A DNA stretch of 58,620 bases, filler included, from Dirinaria sp. TL-2023a (lineage: Eukaryota): the NCBI GenBank assembly GCA_051941275.1. It is 6 parts of 6 records of this genome, joined end to end, with 100 filler letters (N's around TTAATTAATTAA, not from the genome) between each part and the next. Parts side by side here need not be neighbours in the genome. Positions count along the whole stretch, not along the records: positions 48,942 to 58,620 come from JAVEBF010001018.1; 5 more parts are not named here. One strand, written 5' to 3'. Under the pieces are notes generated by a model that saw only the letters and a list, made by a program, of their open reading frames with translations, did no database searches and was not told the origin of the DNA. Each line of letters opens with the position of its first letter. Within the stretch, counting starts at the first letter, position 1. Shown here in pieces: positions 52,005 to 58,620 of this stretch. The position numbers and the translations under genes were made by a program.

Positions 52005-54181
52005 ATGCCCCGAGCCGAAAGGGATCGTGAACGCCGCGATCCCGACCGCCCATCTCGCCCTCACAGGACCCACGCACGCCCTAAAAACGGGAGTAAAGAG
52101 AAGGTCACACCACATGGGACCCCGGAGCGTCGCAGTGCCAAAGCCAGCCCCAGGTCTCCTCACCACCGGTCAGCACAGAGGACCACCAAGGCGGCGAAAC
52201 ACAACAGCTCCTCGACCACGGCCACGGAGCGCTCGTCCAATGTGCTCAGTATCGATTCGCTAGCGAAACTTGATGCGCTGAACGAGAAAAGCCCGTGGGA
52301 AAGGGAACGCAGTCGAGAGAAAGACAGGAAGGAGAAAGTCGTTACCGGCCGGGTCATTAAGGAAAGAGGGAAGCACAGACGGCGATCGGGCGGACATGGT
52401 GCGGAGAAGAGGAGGGTGGTTAGTGGGCCATTGGCGGAAGAGGGTAGGGTGACGAAGAGAGGAGGTTACATTGCTGAGCAGAGGCAGGGAAAGAGGAGGT
52501 TTGGAAAGAAATTCTGGTGGATTGTGTTAATCACCGGACTGGTACTGGTCATTCTGATCGCGGTCATCGCAGTCGAGGTTGGGAAGAAGAAGAGCGGTAA
52601 TGGTAGTGGGGGAGGAGGGGATAGTGGCAGCGACCCCAAAAACGGCAACCTGGCTGGCATCAATGAGAACGATATCCCTACTGCGGCGAAAGGGAGTTAC
52701 CTGGATCCGTTTACCTGGTACGATACTACAGATTTCAACGTGACATATACGAATCAAACGGTGGGAGGCTTGCCGGTTATGGGCCTGAACTCGACATGGG
52801 ATGATTCAAAGCAGGCGAATGCGAACGTTCCGGCTTTGAATAAGCCGTGGGAGTACGGGAAGATGCCAATACGAGGGGTCAATGTTGGGGGATGGCTGTC
52901 TTTAGAGCCGTTCATTACGCCGAGCTTCTTTCAGAGCTATAAATCGAATCAAGGGATTGTAGATGAGTGGACTCTGACGACAATTCTGGGTCCAAGTCAG
53001 GCGGCGAAGACGCTGGAAAAACACTACGCGCTGTTCATCAACGCGCAGTCATTCAAGGATATCCAGGCCGCTGGCTTTGACCATGTCCGGATACCATTTT
53101 CGTACTGGGCAGTCACGACATATCCTGGGGATCCATACGTACCGAAGATCTCCTGGCGATACCTGCTTAGAGCCATCGAATACGCTAGACAGGCTGGCTT
53201 AAGGGTCAATCTAGATCTTCACGCTGTGCCAGGAAGCCAGAACGGCTGGAACCATAGTGGACGTCAAGGCGCTATAGGGTGGCTGAATGGCACTGATGGT
53301 GACCTCAATGCTCAACGCTCTATCGATATTCACAATCAGCTCTCTACTTTCTTCGCCCAGCCGCGATATGCAAATGTCATCGCCATATATGGATTGGTCA
53401 ACGAGCCTAAGATGACGGCTTTACCTCTGCAACCCGTACTTGACTGGACTACCAAAGCCGTGAACGCCGTTCGTCAGAATGGCATCAAGCAAAATATTGC
53501 AATAGGTGATGGGTTCATGGGGCTGCCCAAGTGGCAAGGCCAATTGGAAAATGTGCAAGGACTGGTGTTGGACTCGCACCCTTACACCATCTTCGACCCG
53601 AACCTCATCGTGTTCACCCACCAAAAAAAGGTTTCGTACGCCTGTGCTAGCTGGTCGAGTCAGATGAAGGCCAGTATGAATACGGCTAGCGGGTAAGCTT
53701 TCACAGATAATTGCTTGCTATTGCAGAAGATGAGAGATCGCTAATCCACTGAAACAGATTCGGACCCACTCTCACAGGCGAGTGGTCCCAAGCGGATACA
53801 GACTGCGCGCTCTACCTGAACAACGTCAACGTCGGCAATCGCTGGACCGGCACCCTCAACGCCGCGGATCGCTCTACAGCTGTCAACAAACCATCCTGCC
53901 CCCCAAATTCCGGCACCTGCTCGTGCGACGGAGCAAACGCGGATCCGAGCAGTTATAGCAACGACTACAAGCAATGGCTCATGATGAACGCCGAGGCGCA
54001 GATGTCGAGCTTCGAACTCGGCTGGGGATGGTTCTACTGGACATGGGCGACCGAGAGCGCCGCGCAGTGGAGTTGGAAGGCGGGTATGGACGCAGGTATC
54101 CTCCCGAAGAAGATGTCGGATAGGAATTTCAACTGTACAAGTCCGGTGCCTGATTTTAATGGGCTGCCGGAGACATATTAA
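52005..54181 (+). CDS. exgD: Type II membrane GH5 exo-beta-1,3-glucanase D; intron 53693-53757
   Basis: Basic cytosolic N-terminus, single TM helix (WWIVLITGLVLVILIAVIAV), RGVNVGGWLSLEPFITPS, DLHAVPGSQNGWNHSG, acid/base VNEP, nucleophile GEWSQA, GWFYWTW. Confidence 0.92.
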
Positions 54182-54349
54182 GGTAGCGCGTGCACCGTGC
54201 AGCGAGCGGCATTGAAGGCGTTGGATAAGATATGATGATACCCTTTCTGAGGAGTAGCGCTCAATTCTGCTTTATGTACTTTATGTGCGGTATATCGATC
54301 CGCATAGCAATGGTTGCAGGTGTAGATTTCGTTCACCTGCTTGCTCCCT

Positions 54350-54376
54350 TGATTGGCTGATTGGCTGATTGGCTGA
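54350..54376 (-). promoter_or_regulatory. Three tandem TGATTGGC units (GCCAATCA on the minus strand; CCAAT-box consensus)
   Basis: tgattggc tgattggc tgattggc tga read directly, about 500 bp upstream of the ATG at 54875. Confidence 0.5.
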
Positions 54377-54874
54377 GGCTTGAAATTCGCGGTAAGCGCG
54401 AGAAGCGCAGGTTTTGATTATCTAATAATTGTACTATCCCATAGGTACTAAAGTTACTTCAGTTAGGAACACGAACCATGACGCGTTGCCGTGCGAATTC
54501 TGGAATCAGTGTTAGCAGTAGCGGTCCTCGGCTTCCCCTGCTGGTGAGGGAGCATCATGACATTATGACGAGCAGACTGCACATGGAGTTGTGCATAGCT
54601 CCTTCCAAAATACCACCGGAGGTCGTGCAGCGCCACAGGCCCCAACAGGCTTCAACAGCTTACAATGCGCTCTTGCCGCAGATGCTTCGATTGGGAAGAG
54701 AGCTCTCACTCACCTCGCCAGGCTCACCTCCTTGAACAAAGCATAGCTTCAGTATCGTTCGCATTGGAATTTACTACATAGTAGTGCATGCTCACGACTC
54801 ATTTCATAGCTGTACGAATTAGTGTCAATATATCGCGTCCCAACCAGCCATCTGGACCGGCTTGAAATCGGGCC

Positions 54875-57800
54875 ATGGCTTCTAAGCCATCTCCTGTACA
54901 GGCTCGTGAGATGGATAGAACCTCTTCTCGCCTGATGGCATCTGCGCGCCGCCCGGCTACTGTGGGAGTGGCTGCCGGTGCATCAAAGCCGAGCCTCAAG
55001 ACCAGATCTTCCCTGAGCTCAATCACCAATAGAAAGCAGGAAAGCCCGGAAGAGGCCCAGCACAAGCCAAGCATCACGAACAATGAACCAAGCAAACGAT
55101 CATCTGCGGTTGGATCAACGAGATTAAATTCTCCTACCAAAGCCTCGCTTGGGAGGCGTTCCGGACTTGGGTCGGTTACAGATGTCAACACAAGGTCGGC
55201 CACCGACCGGTCAAGTACGGCAAGTTCAGCGAAGACTGTGCCCAGAAAGATCCATCCCAACGCTCGGTCTCCAAATTCAACAGGTACACCTCGCAGCACT
55301 CGTCCGATTGGATACCAACCGCAACGCTCAACGAATGTGAGTCAGTCGAATACTGTTGAGAAAAGGCTTAGCGCGATCTCCGCCTCGCCACCCTCGGCAC
55401 ACGATGTTATTTCAACTGAAGCTCCCACTGAGAAACCTACACGTTCAACCTTCCACGCAGAGAGACCTAAGCTTCTAGCTCGCAAGTCTACAATGTCGGA
55501 CACCATTGAGCAGAGACTTCGTGAGGTCGAACTCGTGAATAAAATGATAAAAGCTGCTATGGCTGAGGATGGGAAGGACACAGACGAGGTCAAGGAAGAA
55601 TACGGCAAACGAGCAGACGAAGAATTGGCAGAACTACGTTCTAAGCTCGAAGAAGCGAGACGCAACGAGGGAAGAGCGCCGGTCGACGCCGATGATGGTC
55701 GAGCTGCTAAAGAGAGGAACGTCAGCGCCAAACGATCTGATGATGTCGCTGCCGTAGAGGCTAAACTCGCCATAAGCCAGCAAGAAGTGAGTCATGGAAT
55801 CCAAAGTCGAACTCTTTGCTAACAGGACCGTGAAGTCAGAAAAGCTGCGGTATGAGCTTTCTTCGTTGCGCCAGCAGTTACTCCATGCCGACGGTGTGAA
55901 CGAGGATGGCAGCAGCAATCCAAGGAATAGCAAGGTGAGTGCCTATAGCACAGAACACTTGACACCAAGGACAGAGGAACTCATGGCTTCGCATGTTCAG
56001 GAGCTGGCTACTGAGCTGCGGCTGCAGCAGCATCAGAAAATGTATGCCAGAGATGTGAAAAAGGGCAAGGAGTTGGCTTTTGCTGAAGGACTGCATAACA
56101 GTGCGCACCTTTCAGGTTTTGAACAACAGCAGCACGATGCAAAAATCCAGAACCGATTTGTAGGTTTCCACGCACAATCGTCGGGTGAAGAGCTCCAAAG
56201 CTTGAACCAGAGCAGTGACGAGGAACGCGAAGGATTAATACGGTTGATAAAGCAGCTTAAACAACGTCTTGTGGACCAGAAGAATGAGAGAGATGACATG
56301 ATTGCGAGGAAAGAGCGTGAGCACAGTCAGCAGATGAATGAACTACACAGCTTGCAGATCCACAAAGACCAACAGGCTGCAGCTATCGCTCAAAGGCTAA
56401 CAAATGAATCTGCTTCATCGCTGAGGTCATGTATGGAGACAATACAGCACCTTGAAGCTACTGCGTTGAGACGGACGTCCGAGTTCGATGCTCAAATTGG
56501 CATTCACCTCCAGAAGATTCAGGAACTCACCGCCGTGAGCACCAAGCAGGCTGCCGATAACGCGTCAGAAGTCCAGAAACAAAACGAGGAGATCAACCAA
56601 AAGCAAGCCATCATTGAGAACCTACAAGATCGAGTGCGAGACATTCATGAGTGCAAGGATCGGGAGCTTGAGAGCCAGCGCTTCGAGCTCACACAAGGCC
56701 ACGACAAGGCCATGTCGAACTTGCGTTTTAAGCAGGAAGAAGCCCTGCTCGGAGAGAGGGACATAGGTGCGAAGAGAATCGCCGAGCTCCTTGCAAAGCA
56801 TGCGCAGGAAATGGGCGATCTTCGAGCGGAATCCGACACTATCGTGGAACATATGAAGCAGCAGCACGAACTAGCGCAGGCCTCAAGAGATAGTACAGAC
56901 GCTGCGCATGCGTTGGCCAAGCAGGAAACCGAAAACCAGATTCGGGTCTTGAAACAACAGGTTCAAGCATCCGACCTACAGCCAGCAGAAGCGAGATCCG
57001 CACTTCAAGAAGCGAAGAAATTGCTAGACCGCTCAAGAGCCAAATTAAAGAAAACAAGGGCTGCACTGGTTTGGACCGAGAGTTGCAAGGATGACGCCGA
57101 CAGGCTCTATCTCAGATCCCAGCGAGAGGTACAGAAGAAGAGCGACATAATATTTGACCTTAAGTACAAGCAAGGCCGTGATCCCGAGTACCGAGAAACA
57201 ATGACCGAGCTAAGAGAAAAGCTTGACGCTACAGTCAAAACACTCAATGACAGAGAGACGGAGGTCGTTACCGCTGGGCATCGTCACCGTGCTTTGGTGC
57301 ACAAACTAAAGTCTGGGCATGGCCAGAAAGTGAAAGACTTAAAACGAGCGATCGATCAACTGGAATCAGCTAAGACTCAACTGGAGTCAGCCAACACCTT
57401 TCTGACCAATAAAGCAGAATCCGACAAAATTAATTTTGAGTGGAAACTTGGTCAGGAAAAGTCCATCAATGAATCGACTTCTAGCGGATATATGAACGAG
57501 CTCGGTAGAAGAGACGCGCGATGGAAAGAACATGTCCAAAAAGAACGCGAGGACAATGCTGCTCTCCGACAGAAACTCAAGCAGGCCGAGGAGGTTGCGG
57601 AGCAGCAAGCCATGTCCTTGTGGGAGGCTGGGTCGGCTCTCGAGGTGGCTCAAGCCGAGCTAGTCCAGCTGAAGAACCAACAGCCAGATCTGGAGAATGA
57701 AACACCAAACAGGAGCCCCTACGCCAGCAGTCCTCCGCTCACCGCAGACAACCACCACGCCTGCCTCGGCGCAGCTTCCGACGAGTTGCCAGGTCGGAAT

Positions 57801-58105
57801 GAGAATACGGGCGCTTCCATTATCGGCAATGTGAGACTCTCTGTCGTTTGAAACGATGACCGTGGCTGACGGGAAATCAGATGGCTGGAATGCAAGAGCA
57901 AGTTCGGCAGTTGGCGAATAGCAATGAGGAAATTCTTTCCAACGAAGAACGGTGAGCCGCGACCGCGCGCCTTTTGCAAGGAGTCGCATTAACAGACTAA
58001 CCATTTTGTAGGATCTGCAGGGACATGTCGAGCTTGTACTCTCCTGAACCGTTGCGCTGGCTCGACTCGACCATTGAAGAAGAAGAGAAAAGAAAGGAGG
58101 ACTAA
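54875..58105 (+). CDS. Large coiled-coil protein of unknown function with a basic Ser/Thr-rich N-terminus; introns 55787-55835, 57831-57880, 57952-58011
   Basis: ORFs 54875-55822 and 55794-57851 join in frame (QQE|SEKL); E/Q/K/L heptad-rich body; terminal exons MAGMQEQVRQLANSNEEILSNEER-ICRD...EEEEKRKED*. Confidence 0.75.
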
Positions 58106-58587
58106 TAGAGATACGGTAAGGTACTCGTACACTAATTATTCTTAGAACACAATGACTGTTACTGTACAGTGTGATGTTGGAGTCTTGGGAGGGTGTATAT
58201 ACCCTGCACATTATTTTTTTTTCGCGTTCGGAATTTGTGGAAGTGTCGTTCGTTGCCTACTTTATGTACCTTAGGAGGTATTTTCTTTCTTTTCTTTCTT
58301 TTCTCTATGGATAAGGTACATAGTCAATTAATCCTCAGTCTTCCACTCACTACTGCTACTCCGCTCATCATTATGTAGTCATGCATGCCCTGGTGCACAT
58401 CCACCTTCGTTATTTTTGTATACCTTTACCAATGTAGAGCGGCGCTTTGAAGGGAAGTTACATGTGGCACCTATGAAGTTCGTACACATTCCTCTGGAAA
58501 CATCGATCGCCCTCATCCGCTTTGTAGAATCGCATTGCGAGACTCAATCACAAAGAATGGGCTTTTGTGTGGGTCTTGGCTCTTCTT

Positions 58588-58588
<1 letters not shown>

Positions 58589-58620
<32 letters not shown>
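58589..58620 (+). repeat. Poly(T) tract at the contig end
   Basis: Run of 32 T at the window end; likely assembly break point. Confidence 0.85.

Overview
This is eukaryotic fungal DNA (intron-rich genes with GT..CTAAC..AG signals; filamentous ascomycete, Pezizomycotina-like), not a continuous locus. Six unrelated contigs (9694, 9691, 9688, 9687, 9681 and 9679 bp, i.e. sorted by size) are joined by five identical artificial 100-bp linkers (44 N + TTAATTAATTAA + 44 N), so adjacency across linkers has no biological meaning. Contig 1: V-ATPase c' subunit (VMA11), Rho1 GEF (ROM2), TBC Rab-GAP (GYP2, truncated). Contig 2: COQ11-like SDR, SYF2, zinc sorbitol/xylitol dehydrogenase, Gfo/Idh/MocA dehydrogenase, MDM34. 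Contig 3 (the most accessory-looking): an uncharacterised ~740-aa intracellular trypsin-fold serine protease with a coiled-coil insert, a DAL5/TNA1-type MFS transporter divergent from an SDR, a spliced region with no good ORF, and a secreted PEBP-like gene (truncated). Contig 4: UTP10 head-to-head with NRDE2 (truncated). Contig 5: a Ser/Pro-rich fungal protein and GCN20. Contig 6: YANK/STK32-type AGC kinase, GH5 exo-beta-1,3-glucanase exgD and a long coiled-coil protein. Most content is conserved housekeeping; the best novelty candidate is the protease at 20096-22375. No rRNA, tRNA, CRISPR array or transposase was recognised. Family assignments come from motif recognition, not database searches.
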